A DNA stretch of 64,000 nucleotides from the NCBI GenBank assembly GCA_035539555.1, contig DATLIG010000155.1, positions 2,422 to 66,421 of the forward strand. The letters are read 5' to 3'. Of the stretch, positions 47,522-57,138 are shown one piece after another (positions within the stretch are counted from its first letter, which is position 1; every line of letters starts with the position of its first letter). This DNA comes from Nocardioides sp. (GTDB taxonomy: Bacteria; Actinomycetota; Actinomycetes; Propionibacteriales; Nocardioidaceae). A program made the translations under genes and the position numbers. The notes beneath the pieces are model-generated. The model had not been told where the DNA came from, did no database searches, and saw nothing but the letters and a program-made list of their open reading frames with translations.

Positions 47522-47577
47522 CGTCGTGGGACAAGCGGCGGACCACCCCGCCACCGCACCTGCAACGGAGAACGGTC

Positions 47578-48555
47578 ATGGCACAAGAAGTACGAGGCAG
47601 CATCGAGGTCGAGGACCGCGGCGCGGTACTGGTCGCCCGCATCGACGGTGGCCCCCTGGGCCTCTTCGGCAACGACATCGCCGAGCAGCTCGACGTGCTC
47701 GTCGACCGGGCCGATGCGGACCCGGTCGTCCAGGCGGTGGTGTTCACCGGGACCCACCCGGACCGGTTCGTCTCCCACGCGGAGGTCCGCTGGCTGCAGG
47801 AGGGCGGGGCCACGGTCCCCTCGGTCGGGGTCCGCGGCGCGTCCGCCCTCGCCCGCACGGCCCGGGCCGTGAACCGCGCGGGTGGCCTGCAGGCTGCGCT
47901 CGGCAGGACGCCGCTGTGGCCCGCCGTCCAGCTGGAGCGGGTGCACCAGACGTTCCTCAAGATGAACCGCAGCGGCGTCATCTTCATCGCGGCCCTCAAC
48001 GGCTCGGCGCTCGGGCTCGGGGCCGAGTTCAGCTGGGCCAACGACCTGCGGGTGATGGCGGACGGCGACCACGTCATCGGCCAGCCGGAGGTCCTGCTCG
48101 GCATCATGCCCGGTGGTGGCGGCACCCAGCGGCTGCCGCGGCTCGTCGGCAACCACCGTGCGCTGGTGGCCATCCTCTCGGGTGAGCCGTTCACGCCCGC
48201 CCAGGCACTGGAGATCGGAGCCGTCGACGACGTCGTGGCGCCGGAGCAGCTGCTGGACCGCGCGATCGAGCTGGCCGAATTCCTCGGTGCCCGCCCCAAG
48301 GCATCGCGGGGCGCCATCAAGCGGGCGGTGTACTTCGGGGGCTCGACGGGACTCGAGGAGGGCCTGCACCTCGAGCGGTCGGAGTTCCTCGCCACCGCAC
48401 TGTCGAAGATCGGCCAGGAGCTGATGCTCGACTACATGGCCAACACCGATGCCAGCGGCGAGCTCCCGCTCTACCAACCCGGCGTGTTCGATCAGGTGCT
48501 CGCGACCGGTCACACCCGCGGCGCCGGAGCACCGAAGACGGGCGCGAAGGCATGA
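47578..48555 (+). CDS. Enoyl-CoA hydratase/isomerase family protein
   Basis: IAALNGSALGLGAE, GQPEVLLGIMPGGGGTQRLPRLVG. Confidence 0.9.
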   Translation: MAQEVRGSIEVEDRGAVLVARIDGGPLGLFGNDIAEQLDVLVDRADADPVVQAVVFTGTHPDRFVSHAEVRWLQEGGATVPSVGVRGASALARTARAVNRAGGLQAALGRTPLWPAVQLERVHQTFLKMNRSGVIFIAALNGSALGLGAEFSWANDLRVMADGDHVIGQPEVLLGIMPGGGGTQRLPRLVGNHRALVAILSGEPFTPAQALEIGAVDDVVAPEQLLDRAIELAEFLGARPKASRGAIKRAVYFGGSTGLEEGLHLERSEFLATALSKIGQELMLDYMANTDASGELPLYQPGVFDQVLATGHTRGAGAPKTGAKA

Positions 48556-49451
48556 GCGGCCACACCGTCACCCGTCACGACATCGGCTTCGACTCGGACG
48601 GTGAGACCTGCTCGGCCTGGCTCTTCCTGCCCGATGGCGTCGACAAGCCGCCGCTGGTCATCCTCGGGCACGGTCTGGGCGCCACCAAGGAGATGGGCCT
48701 GGACGCCTTCGGCCGGCGGTTCGCCGAGGCGGGCATCGCGGCGATGGCGTTCACGTACCGCCACTTCGGCGACTCGACCGGACAGCCGCGGCAGCTGCTC
48801 TCCATCAAGCGTCAGCTCGCCGACTGGGACGCGGCCATCGCGCACGCGAAGACGCGCGCCGACATCGACCGCACCCGGATCGCCGTCTGGGGCAGCTCCT
48901 TCGGCGGCGGCCACGCGATCATCGTCGCGGCGCGTCATCCCGAGCTGCGGGCAGCCGTCTCGCAGTGCCCGTTCACCGACGGCCTCGCCTCCGCCCGGGC
49001 GCTGGGCCCGGTCGGCACGATGCGGCTCCTGCCCACGGTGGCGCGCGACCTGCTCGCGGCGGCGCGGCGCAGGGAACCGGTCCTGCTGACCCTTGCCGGA
49101 GCCCCGGGCGAGAAGGCGCTGATGACGGCACCCGACGCCCTGCCCGGCTACCGCGCCCTCGTGCCGGAGGGCGTCACGTTCGTCAACGAGGTCGCCGCTC
49201 GCGTCGCGCCCACCATCTCCCGGCACCGCCCGGGAAAGTCCGCCGCGGACGTGAGGATCCCGATCCTCTTCTGCATCTGCGACCACGACTCCGTCACCCC
49301 GCCCGAGGAGACCCTGGCCTACGCCCGCACCGCACCGCGCAGCGAGATCAGGAGGTACGACGCCGGCCACTTCGACATCTACCTGGGCGCATCCTTCGAG
49401 GCCGTCGTCGCGGACCAGATCGCCTTCCTGACCCGTCACCTGGAGGCCTGA
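48552..49451 (+). CDS. Alpha/beta hydrolase
   Basis: FTYRHFGDSTGQPRQ, WGSSFGGGH, GHFDIY. Confidence 0.9.
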   Translation: MSGHTVTRHDIGFDSDGETCSAWLFLPDGVDKPPLVILGHGLGATKEMGLDAFGRRFAEAGIAAMAFTYRHFGDSTGQPRQLLSIKRQLADWDAAIAHAKTRADIDRTRIAVWGSSFGGGHAIIVAARHPELRAAVSQCPFTDGLASARALGPVGTMRLLPTVARDLLAAARRREPVLLTLAGAPGEKALMTAPDALPGYRALVPEGVTFVNEVAARVAPTISRHRPGKSAADVRIPILFCICDHDSVTPPEETLAYARTAPRSEIRRYDAGHFDIYLGASFEAVVADQIAFLTRHLEA

Positions 49452-49454
49452 CCC

Positions 49455-50915
49455 ATGACGTTCGCCACCCTTCTCGACCAGCGGGCGGCAGCGGATCCTG
49501 CCGGACCCGCCGTCGCCGACAGCACCACGACGCTGACCAATGCCGAGCTCCTCGACCGGGTCCGGGCCGGCGCCGTCCAGCTCTCCGGTCTGGGGATCGG
49601 CCCCGCCGATGTCGTCGCACTGCGCCTGACCAACCGGGTCGAGTTCGTCGTCGCCCTCTTCGCGGCCTGGCGGCTCGGGGCGAGCGTCACGCCGGTCAAC
49701 CCGGCTCTCACCGACGTCGAGGTCGCGCGCCAGCTCGACGACTGTGCCGCCGCGCTCCTCGTCGTCGAGGAGGGGGCCGCCGGGGTCGGTGGCGTACCGA
49801 CCCTCTCGGTCGCGGACCTGGCCCGCGAGGCCGGGACGGACGTCGCGCCGACGGTGGATCCCTCCGCGCTGGCACTGTTGATCTACACCTCGGGGACGAC
49901 AGGTGTGCCCAAGGGCGTCATGCTCGACCACGCCAACCTCGACGCCATGACAGCCATGGGACAGGAGGCGCTGCAGGTCCGCGAGGACGACCGGTGCCTG
50001 CTCATCCTGCCGCTCTTCCACGTCAACGGGATCGTCGTCAGCGTCCTCACCCCGCTGCGCGCGGGCGCCAGTGTCGTGATCGCCGAGCGCTTCAACCCCA
50101 CCACCTTCTTCGACGTCGTCGCGAGGGAGCGGCCCACCTTCTTCTCGGCCGTCCCCACGATCTACAACATGCTCGCCGCGCTGCCCGATGAGGTGCGGCC
50201 CGACACCGGTTCCGTCCGGTTCGCGGTCTGCGGCGCAGCCCCGGCATCGGCCGAGCTGCTCACCCGGTTCGAGGACCGCTTCGGCTTCCCGATCGTGGAG
50301 GGCTACGGCCTGTCCGAGGCGACGTGCGGCTCGACGATCAACCCAGTGGACGGCCCGCGCAAGGTGGGCACCGTGGGGCTGCCGTTCCCCGGGCAGGAAC
50401 TGCGGATCGTGGGCCCGGACGGCAACGTGCTCGGGCCCGGCGCGACCGGCGAGGTCGAGGTCCGCGGGCCGAACGTGATGCGCGGCTACCTCAACCGCCC
50501 GGACGACACCGCCGCCGTGATCGACGACGGCTGGCTGCGCACGGGCGACCTCGGTCACGTCGACGAGGACGGCTACCTCGCCATCGTCGGACGGTCCAAG
50601 GAGATGATCATCCGCGGCGGCGAGAACATCTACCCCAAGGAGATCGAGGACGTCCTCACCGGCGACCCGGACGTCCTCGAGGCGGCGGTCGTCGGCGTAC
50701 CCGACGAGAAGTGGGGCGAGGTGGTCGTCGCCTTCGTCCAGGCCAGGCCCGCTGCGACGGTCGACACGGAAGCCCTCAGCGCCCGGTGCCGACAGCACCT
50801 CAGTGGCTACAAGAGGCCGACCGCCATCCACGTCCTGGAGGCGCTGCCGAAGAACGCGGTGGGCAAGCTCGACAAGCGGGTGCTCCGCGAGGGGCTGACG
50901 TCCGTGCAGCGGTGA
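49455..50915 (+). CDS. Acyl-CoA synthetase (AMP-binding)
   Basis: YTSGTTGVPKG, EGYGLSE, TGDLG, RGGENIYP, LPKNAVGK. Confidence 0.94.
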   Translation: MTFATLLDQRAAADPAGPAVADSTTTLTNAELLDRVRAGAVQLSGLGIGPADVVALRLTNRVEFVVALFAAWRLGASVTPVNPALTDVEVARQLDDCAAALLVVEEGAAGVGGVPTLSVADLAREAGTDVAPTVDPSALALLIYTSGTTGVPKGVMLDHANLDAMTAMGQEALQVREDDRCLLILPLFHVNGIVVSVLTPLRAGASVVIAERFNPTTFFDVVARERPTFFSAVPTIYNMLAALPDEVRPDTGSVRFAVCGAAPASAELLTRFEDRFGFPIVEGYGLSEATCGSTINPVDGPRKVGTVGLPFPGQELRIVGPDGNVLGPGATGEVEVRGPNVMRGYLNRPDDTAAVIDDGWLRTGDLGHVDEDGYLAIVGRSKEMIIRGGENIYPKEIEDVLTGDPDVLEAAVVGVPDEKWGEVVVAFVQARPAATVDTEALSARCRQHLSGYKRPTAIHVLEALPKNAVGKLDKRVLREGLTSVQR

Positions 50916-50993
50916 CGCTCCGCCGGCGCGGGGATCGCGGGACCGGCAGGACGACGCGGCCGAACGACCCCGCCGCGGCGCTATCGTCGCGGC

Positions 50994-51614
50994 GTGCGGG
51001 GTTATCAGTGCATCACGGTCGTGAGCACGTCGGCAGGTGCCGACGACCTTCGCCGCCTCGGTCGCGACGTGGACCGCGGCGCGCTGGTGCTGACAGCGCC
51101 GACCAGCGAGGCCAAACCGGTGGTCGAGTCCGTCCGTCAGGCGGTGGTGGCCGACGTGCGGGCGGAGATCCTGCTGGCGCCGGTGCGCTTCCCGGACGCC
51201 GACCGCGGCCACCGGCTGGATGCGCTCGTGCGCGAGCACGTGCTGCGTGATCGCTTCCGTGACGTGGTCGTCGTCGCGGACCCCGCGACCGTCACGCTGC
51301 TGCTGCGCGTGCTGGCGCCGGACCAGCTCGCGAGCGGCGGGCCGGTCACGCTGGTGGGCCTGCCCCGGGCAGACCCACCGGTGTCCCCGCTGCGCGTCGC
51401 GCTGTCGGGCGGCGTGGTGGGCGTGCTCGCGGCGGGCCTGGACGGGCTGCTGCCGCTCTTCGCCCTGCCCTTGGTGGCAGCGGCGGCGGGGCTGGTCCTG
51501 TTGGGGGTCCCGTCGCTGCGCCGTACGGCACGTGAGGTGCTGTTCGCGGCGCTCGTCGGCGCGGTCGTCCTCGTGATGATCGTGGCCGGATCCACGCGGT
51601 TCCCCTCCGGGTGA
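50994..51614 (+). CDS. Hypothetical membrane protein
   Basis: C-terminal hydrophobic helices; TATCGT-N6-GTG. Confidence 0.7.
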   Translation: MRGYQCITVVSTSAGADDLRRLGRDVDRGALVLTAPTSEAKPVVESVRQAVVADVRAEILLAPVRFPDADRGHRLDALVREHVLRDRFRDVVVVADPATVTLLLRVLAPDQLASGGPVTLVGLPRADPPVSPLRVALSGGVVGVLAAGLDGLLPLFALPLVAAAAGLVLLGVPSLRRTAREVLFAALVGAVVLVMIVAGSTRFPSG

Positions 51615-51680
51615 CCCCTCCGGAGTGGCCGACCCGCGCCGTCCGCGGGCCTCGGGTGGTTCACCCTCCGGCAGTCGTGG

Positions 51681-53111
51681 TCAGTGGCGCGTCGTCCGGC
51701 TGACGGACCGGATCGGTACGGCGACGAGCACGGCGCCCAGCAGGAGCAGGAGGGCGGCGAGGACGAGCAGCGCCGCGATCAGCGTCGAGAGCACGGGCAC
51801 CTCTGCCCCCGCCGATCCGCTCGCGGCGATCGAGGCGGAGCCGTCCGCATTCATGACCACGGCCGTCCAGTCGCCTTGCTCGAGGGTCCAGGTGAGCTCC
51901 GGGTCGCTGCCGGTCGCCGAGGCGACCCAGAAGGTCTGCTCGGTCGGCGGCGTCGCTGGGGCAGTGCCCGGCGTCGAGCGGTAGACAGGCTCGCCGTCGG
52001 TGACCTCGAGCAGGGTGTCGTGCCGCACGCCGGCGAGGTAGGACTGCACGTCCGCGGTCGGCGCGATGCCGATGAACAGGTCGGTGTCGCCGGCACCCTC
52101 GACCGTCAACCGGACGTCGCCGACCAGCCAGTCCGGGACCTCGTCGAGGCTCCCGCCGGTGGGGAGGTGGGCGTCCTCGGAGGTGATCGCGAAGCCGTCG
52201 GTGGCGAGCTGCTCCTCGGGGCTGGTCAGGAATCCGTCGGAGTCCCGCGCCGTCTGGTCCGCGACGACCAGGGCCACACCGCCGCTCCCACATCCGAAGG
52301 CGCCGATCAGCACCAGGGATCCGAGGACCAGCGAGACGACGCGGCCGGCGGTCCAGCCGGTGCGCGGCGGTCCCTGCGGGCGAGGCGACCGGGGGGACGA
52401 CGTCGCCGGCGCGAGGTGGCTGCCGGCCGGCAGGCTGCTCGCCGGAGGTTCGTGGCCACCCTGGTCGAGGCTGAAGGGCGGGTACCGGTCCGTCATCAGC
52501 GCGACGTACGCGGCGACGCGCAGGACCCACCGGTTGAGGCCGAGCACGAGGTCGAAGACCGGCCGGGGGTAGCGACCGGTGACGAGCAGGACGGCGCCGG
52601 CCACCACGACGAGCAGTCCGATCAGACCGACGCTGAGCAACGGCTCCTCGCCGGCGCCGCGGGCGCCGTACCCGAGACCGCCGAGGAAGAGCCCGACGAC
52701 CAGGTAGTGCGGGACGGCCAGCAGCCACCACTTCACCAGCACCAGGCCCCGGGAGAGGTGCTGGGGGTAGTCGACCTCGAAGTGGGCCGGGTAGTCCGGC
52801 ACGTCCGCCAGGGTGAAGGGCGGGTACCGGTCCGTGCCGAGGGCTCCGTAGGCGTAGTAGGTGACGCGCCAGCTCCAGCGCATGACCCCGACGTTGAAGT
52901 CGAACAGTGCCCGTGGGTAGTGCGCCGTGACCAGGATGCTGAAGAAGGCGACGACGGTGGTGACGGCGAACGCGAGCCAGAGGAACGCCAGCACCACGTA
53001 GTGCGGGACGGCGAGCAGCCACTTCAGCAGCCACAGGCCGCGGCTCAGCCCGGGGTCGAGGTCAGCCTCGACGTGGACGGGGTAGCTGGTTGGGGGCGAT
53101 GAGGTGGTCAC
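51681..53111 (-). CDS. DUF4389 domain membrane protein
   Basis: Two repeats of LSRGL..KW.LAVPHY...YPR..FD...RW..RV..Y...TDRYPPF; GTGA overlap. Confidence 0.88.
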   Translation of the reverse strand: MTTSSPPTSYPVHVEADLDPGLSRGLWLLKWLLAVPHYVVLAFLWLAFAVTTVVAFFSILVTAHYPRALFDFNVGVMRWSWRVTYYAYGALGTDRYPPFTLADVPDYPAHFEVDYPQHLSRGLVLVKWWLLAVPHYLVVGLFLGGLGYGARGAGEEPLLSVGLIGLLVVVAGAVLLVTGRYPRPVFDLVLGLNRWVLRVAAYVALMTDRYPPFSLDQGGHEPPASSLPAGSHLAPATSSPRSPRPQGPPRTGWTAGRVVSLVLGSLVLIGAFGCGSGGVALVVADQTARDSDGFLTSPEEQLATDGFAITSEDAHLPTGGSLDEVPDWLVGDVRLTVEGAGDTDLFIGIAPTADVQSYLAGVRHDTLLEVTDGEPVYRSTPGTAPATPPTEQTFWVASATGSDPELTWTLEQGDWTAVVMNADGSASIAASGSAGAEVPVLSTLIAALLVLAALLLLLGAVLVAVPIRSVSRTTRH

Positions 53112-53983
53112 GGTCGAGCACTTCCCTCGGTATCGGCGGTGAGCGGGAACGCACGCATCCACAGGACGAGCGGTCCGAGGGTCGCTCCGGCGAGTACGGC
53201 GAACAACGCGACGCCACCCAGGCTCGCGACATCGGAGGTGGGATCGGCGCGATGGCCGAACCACTGGTCGAGAGCGACACCGATCGCCTCGATCATCCAG
53301 AAGACCAGTCCGGGGCCGGCGAGGAAGATGCCGGAGGGTCGGCGCTGCCAGAGCAGCACGGCCACGATCGCCAGTGCGGGCAGCCAGATGGCGAGGTCCT
53401 GGACGTGGATGGGGTTGGTGGTGAGGCCGGTGCCGGCCAGGAATCCGGGCGGATCCTCGCCCAGGTCGGGTACGACGACCCGCAACCACGCCACGGCGTT
53501 GAGTCCGGCGACGATCAGGATGAACGCGGCCATGCCGCGCGCCGGGAGACTCCGGACCGGGTCCACGGGCGGTCGCGGATCGAGCAGGGCGCTGACCAAG
53601 GACCAGAACGACAGCCCGAGCAGGGCGACGTACGCCAGGAACAGCTCGTTGAAGGGCGTGGCGTACAGCAGCAGGGCGGCGTTGTAGGTGAGGTAGGCGA
53701 GCGCGCCGATCAGGGCGGCCCGGCCCCGGGTCGAGCCGCGTTGCGAGGCGGCCAGGCCGCCCACGAGCACGGGCAGCGCCAGCGCCGACATCGTGAGCGC
53801 CGTGCCCCGTGCGGAGCCGTTCATCACCGGCGTCCCGTTGAGGATCGCCTCCGCGACGAACGTGGGCACGGCGGCGACCACCACCAGGGTGGCGGTGGCG
53901 GTGGTGAGGCGCCGGGTCCGGCGACTGGCTCCCCGGGCCGACCGATGGGCCTCGCGGGCCAGCGTCGTCGGCATCGCGGTCAC
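53108..53983 (-). CDS. Multi-pass membrane protein
   Basis: About 7 hydrophobic segments; LAYLTYN..FNELFLAYV; GTGA overlap. Confidence 0.8.
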   Translation of the reverse strand: MTAMPTTLAREAHRSARGASRRTRRLTTATATLVVVAAVPTFVAEAILNGTPVMNGSARGTALTMSALALPVLVGGLAASQRGSTRGRAALIGALAYLTYNAALLLYATPFNELFLAYVALLGLSFWSLVSALLDPRPPVDPVRSLPARGMAAFILIVAGLNAVAWLRVVVPDLGEDPPGFLAGTGLTTNPIHVQDLAIWLPALAIVAVLLWQRRPSGIFLAGPGLVFWMIEAIGVALDQWFGHRADPTSDVASLGGVALFAVLAGATLGPLVLWMRAFPLTADTEGSARP

Positions 53984-54414
53984 CGCCCGGCCCCGGTGGT
54001 CGAGCGGTCTGCCGGGTGGTCGTGGTCCTGGGACGGAGGAGTCCGTCCGTCGCGTGGCGGCGTCGAGCTCACGACGAGCCCACCGGTCACGAGGTAGATC
54101 ACCTGCAGGACGTGGAAGGCGCGGATCGACGCGATCTCGCCGATGATCCAGAACGCCATGATCGCCCCGGCGACGATGCTGGCGAGCTGCCAGCCGTCGA
54201 TGCGCTTCACCAGGGCTGCGGCGGCGACCAGGGAGCTGCCGCCGACGACGGCCATCAGGATCACCCCCGGGAAGTAGTTGCTGGGGAAGTCGGTCGCCCG
54301 CACCCAGGACGGCTGCTCGGGAATCCAGTCGGTCATCAGCGCGAGGCCGCCGGCCGTGGCGCTCACGCCGTTGAACAGCAGCAATCCGAGCAGGACCTTG
54401 CTCCTGCCCGTCAT
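53980..54414 (-). CDS. Small membrane protein
   Basis: FNGVSATAGGLAL..PGVILMAVVGG..WIIGEI. Confidence 0.8.
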   Translation of the reverse strand: MTGRSKVLLGLLLFNGVSATAGGLALMTDWIPEQPSWVRATDFPSNYFPGVILMAVVGGSSLVAAAALVKRIDGWQLASIVAGAIMAFWIIGEIASIRAFHVLQVIYLVTGGLVVSSTPPRDGRTPPSQDHDHPADRSTTGAGR

Positions 54415-54521
54415 CGGGCGTCCGGCCCGTGATCGGTGCGCGTGGTCGGTCGGACGGGACGGGCGTGCGGCGTACCGCGCCGCGGGTTCGCGCCGATCGG
54501 CTGGACGATGAATCCCTGCAT
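54411..54521 (-). CDS. Possible 36-aa leader/small ORF
   Basis: RBS GAAGGGG, MQGFIVQPIGANPRRG..., ATGA overlap with next gene. Confidence 0.4.
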   Translation of the reverse strand: MQGFIVQPIGANPRRGTPHARPVRPTTRTDHGPDAR

Positions 54522-54662
54522 GGCAACCCCTTCGCGGTCTGGGGTCCACGCTAGGCAGCCGTCGGTGTCGTCCAGCAGTGCCGAAGGTCCCCCCACGGCC
54601 ACGCCGAAGTCCTCATCGACGGGCCCGGTGCACGACCTCGCTGAGGGCCGCCGGGCGCCGGC

Positions 54663-55100
54663 TCACCTCTCCAGGGTCAGGTCGCCCGCGTCGAGCGCAT
54701 CACCGCACGCCGCGCAGTGCAGCTCGCCGACGAACTCGTGCCCGCAGACATGGTCGAAGCGGACCGGGTCCGGGCCCTGGCGGACGTGCTCGTGCCCCCA
54801 CTGCTTGAGGGTCAGCAGCACGGGGGACAGGGCGCGGCCGGCCTCGGTGAGCCGGTACTCGTAGCGAGGCGGCCGGTCGCTGTACTGCTCGCGGGCGATC
54901 ACGCCGTGCTCGACCAGCTTGCGCAGGCGGGTGGTGAGGATGTCGCGCGGGGCGCCGGTGTTGCGTGCGATCTCGGTGAAGCGGCGCTGGGCGTAGAAGA
55001 GCTCGCGGACCACGAGCAGGCTCCAGCGGTCGCCGACGACCTCGAGCGCGTCGGCGATCGTGCAGTCGCGCGGGGTGCGGTCGGCGGGTGCTGTCGGCAT
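54663..55100 (-). CDS. HxlR-family wHTH regulator
   Basis: CTIADALEVVGDRWSLLVVRE, YEYRLTEAGRAL, HVCG..CAACG. Confidence 0.92.
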   Translation of the reverse strand: MPTAPADRTPRDCTIADALEVVGDRWSLLVVRELFYAQRRFTEIARNTGAPRDILTTRLRKLVEHGVIAREQYSDRPPRYEYRLTEAGRALSPVLLTLKQWGHEHVRQGPDPVRFDHVCGHEFVGELHCAACGDALDAGDLTLER

Positions 55101-55155
55101 GGTCACATCCTCGGCGAAGACGGTTGTGTTTTCAAACTTACCGCGCCACCATGTA

Positions 55156-55178
55156 GTCAGTTCGAAAAACCAACTGAC
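55156..55178. promoter_or_regulatory. Inverted repeat, likely HxlR operator
   Basis: GTCAGTT-N9-AACTGAC directly before the thiolase RBS. Confidence 0.55.
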
Positions 55179-55191
55179 CGAGGAGCACGTC

Positions 55192-56358
55192 ATGTCCGCT
55201 GCCGTCATCGTCGACGCCGTCCGCACCCCGCTCGCCAAGGGCAAGCCCAACGGCGCGTACGCCGACGTCCACCCCGTCGACCTGCACGCGACCGCGCTGC
55301 GGGCGATCGTCGACCGCACCGGCCTCGACCCGGCCGTCATCGACGACGTCATCAGCGGCGCGGTCGGGCAGATCGGGGAGCAGGCCGGCAACACGGCGCG
55401 CTGGGCGCTACTGGCGGCGGGCTACCCGGAGAGCGTGCCGGGTGTGACCGTCGACCGTCAGTGCGGCAGCAGCCAGCAGGCGCTGCACTTCGCCGCCCAG
55501 GGCGTCATCGCCGGTGCGTACGACGTCGCGGTGGCCTCGGGCGTGGAGTCGATGAGCCGCATCCCCATCGGCTCGCAGTTCCAGGGCAAGGACTTCTTCG
55601 GGCCGCTGGTCGGCGCCCGCTACGGCGGCGGACTGGTGCCGCAGGGCATCAGCGCCGAGCTGATCGCGCAGAAGTGGAACCTCTCGCGTGCGCAGCTCGA
55701 CGAGTACTCCGCGCTGTCGCACGAGCGCGCGGCCCGGGCCTGGAAGGACGGCTTGCTCGACAGCCAGGTCGCGTACGTCAACGACCTGCGCACCGACGAG
55801 ACGATCCGCCCCGGCACGTCCGCGGAGACCCTCGCCGGTCTGCGGCCCGCCTTCTTCAGCGAGGACTGGGCGGCGGCGTACCCGACCATCGACTGGCGGG
55901 TGACCGCGGGCAACAGCTCGCCCGTCAACGACGGCTCGGCCGCGGTCCTGGTCACCTCCGAGGAGGCGGCCGCCCGTCTCGGCCTGAAGCCGCGGGCGCG
56001 CGTGCACTCGTTCGCCGTGGTCGGCGACGACCCGGTCCTGATGCTGACCGGCATCATCCCGGCGACCCGGAAGGTGCTCGACCGGGCCGGCCTCAGCCTG
56101 GCCGACATCGACGCGTTCGAGGTCAACGAGGCCTTCGCGTCGGTGGTCCTCGCCTGGCAGGCCGAGACCGGGGCCGACCTCGACAAGGTCAACGTCAACG
56201 GTGGCGCCATCGCCATCGGCCACCCGCTTGGTGCGTCCGGAGCCCGGCTCGCCACCAGCCTGCTCAACGTGCTGGAGCAGCGCGACGGCCGGTTCGGGCT
56301 GCAGGTGATGTGCGAGGCCGGCGGCCTCGCCAACGCGACCATCATCGAGCGGATCTGA
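55192..56358 (+). CDS. Thiolase (acetyl-CoA C-acyltransferase)
   Basis: RQCGSS, NEAFA, GHPLGASG, MCEAGG. Confidence 0.95.
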   Translation: MSAAVIVDAVRTPLAKGKPNGAYADVHPVDLHATALRAIVDRTGLDPAVIDDVISGAVGQIGEQAGNTARWALLAAGYPESVPGVTVDRQCGSSQQALHFAAQGVIAGAYDVAVASGVESMSRIPIGSQFQGKDFFGPLVGARYGGGLVPQGISAELIAQKWNLSRAQLDEYSALSHERAARAWKDGLLDSQVAYVNDLRTDETIRPGTSAETLAGLRPAFFSEDWAAAYPTIDWRVTAGNSSPVNDGSAAVLVTSEEAAARLGLKPRARVHSFAVVGDDPVLMLTGIIPATRKVLDRAGLSLADIDAFEVNEAFASVVLAWQAETGADLDKVNVNGGAIAIGHPLGASGARLATSLLNVLEQRDGRFGLQVMCEAGGLANATIIERI

Positions 56359-56359
56359 C

Positions 56360-57070
56360 ATGCCGACGATCGCAGGCTCCGTCGTCCTGGTCACCGGCGC
56401 CAACGGCGGCCTCGGCACGCACTTCGTCCACCAGGCCCTGGAGCGTGGCGCGACCAAGGTGTACGCCGCTGCCCGCAACCCCCGGCGATGGGACGACGAC
56501 CGCATCGTGCCGCTCGTCCTCGACGTCACCTCCGCCGACTCGATCGCTGCCGCCGTCGAGGTCGCGGACGACGTGACGGTGCTGGTCAACAACGCCGGGT
56601 CCGCGAACGGCTCCAGCGTGCTCGGTGACCTGTCGGCGGCACGGGAGCTGTTCGAGACGAACTTCTGGGGCGCGCTCGCCGTGGCCAACGCCCTCACACC
56701 GGCCCTGCGCGCGTCGGGGGGCACGGTGCTCAACGTGCTCTCGGTGCTGAGCTGGCTCGGCGTAGGGGACGCCTACAGTGCGAGCAAGGCGGCCCTCTGG
56801 CAGGCCACCAACACCCAACGCATCCTGCTCGCGCCGTACGGCGTGCACGTCGCGGGGCTCCATCTCGGGTACGCCGACACTCCCATGACCGAGGGTGTGG
56901 ATGCGCCGAAGCTCGATCCGGCCGACGTGGTGCGGACGGCCTACGACGGGCTCGAGTCCGGCGCCTACGAGATCCTCGCCGACGAGCTCAGCGCCCAGGT
57001 CAAGGCGGGCCTGGCCGGTCCGGTCGAGTCGCTCTACCCGCAGCTGGGCAGGGTCGCGGACCGAACCTGA
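56360..57070 (+). CDS. SDR family oxidoreductase
   Basis: VTGANGGLG, NNAG, YSASK. Confidence 0.92.
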   Translation: MPTIAGSVVLVTGANGGLGTHFVHQALERGATKVYAAARNPRRWDDDRIVPLVLDVTSADSIAAAVEVADDVTVLVNNAGSANGSSVLGDLSAARELFETNFWGALAVANALTPALRASGGTVLNVLSVLSWLGVGDAYSASKAALWQATNTQRILLAPYGVHVAGLHLGYADTPMTEGVDAPKLDPADVVRTAYDGLESGAYEILADELSAQVKAGLAGPVESLYPQLGRVADRT

Positions 57071-57138
57071 CGTGCCACGGGTCGACGGCCCGCCGGCGGG
57101 TGCGAGCGTGCGCAGGCACGATCTGGCATCGTCGGCGC

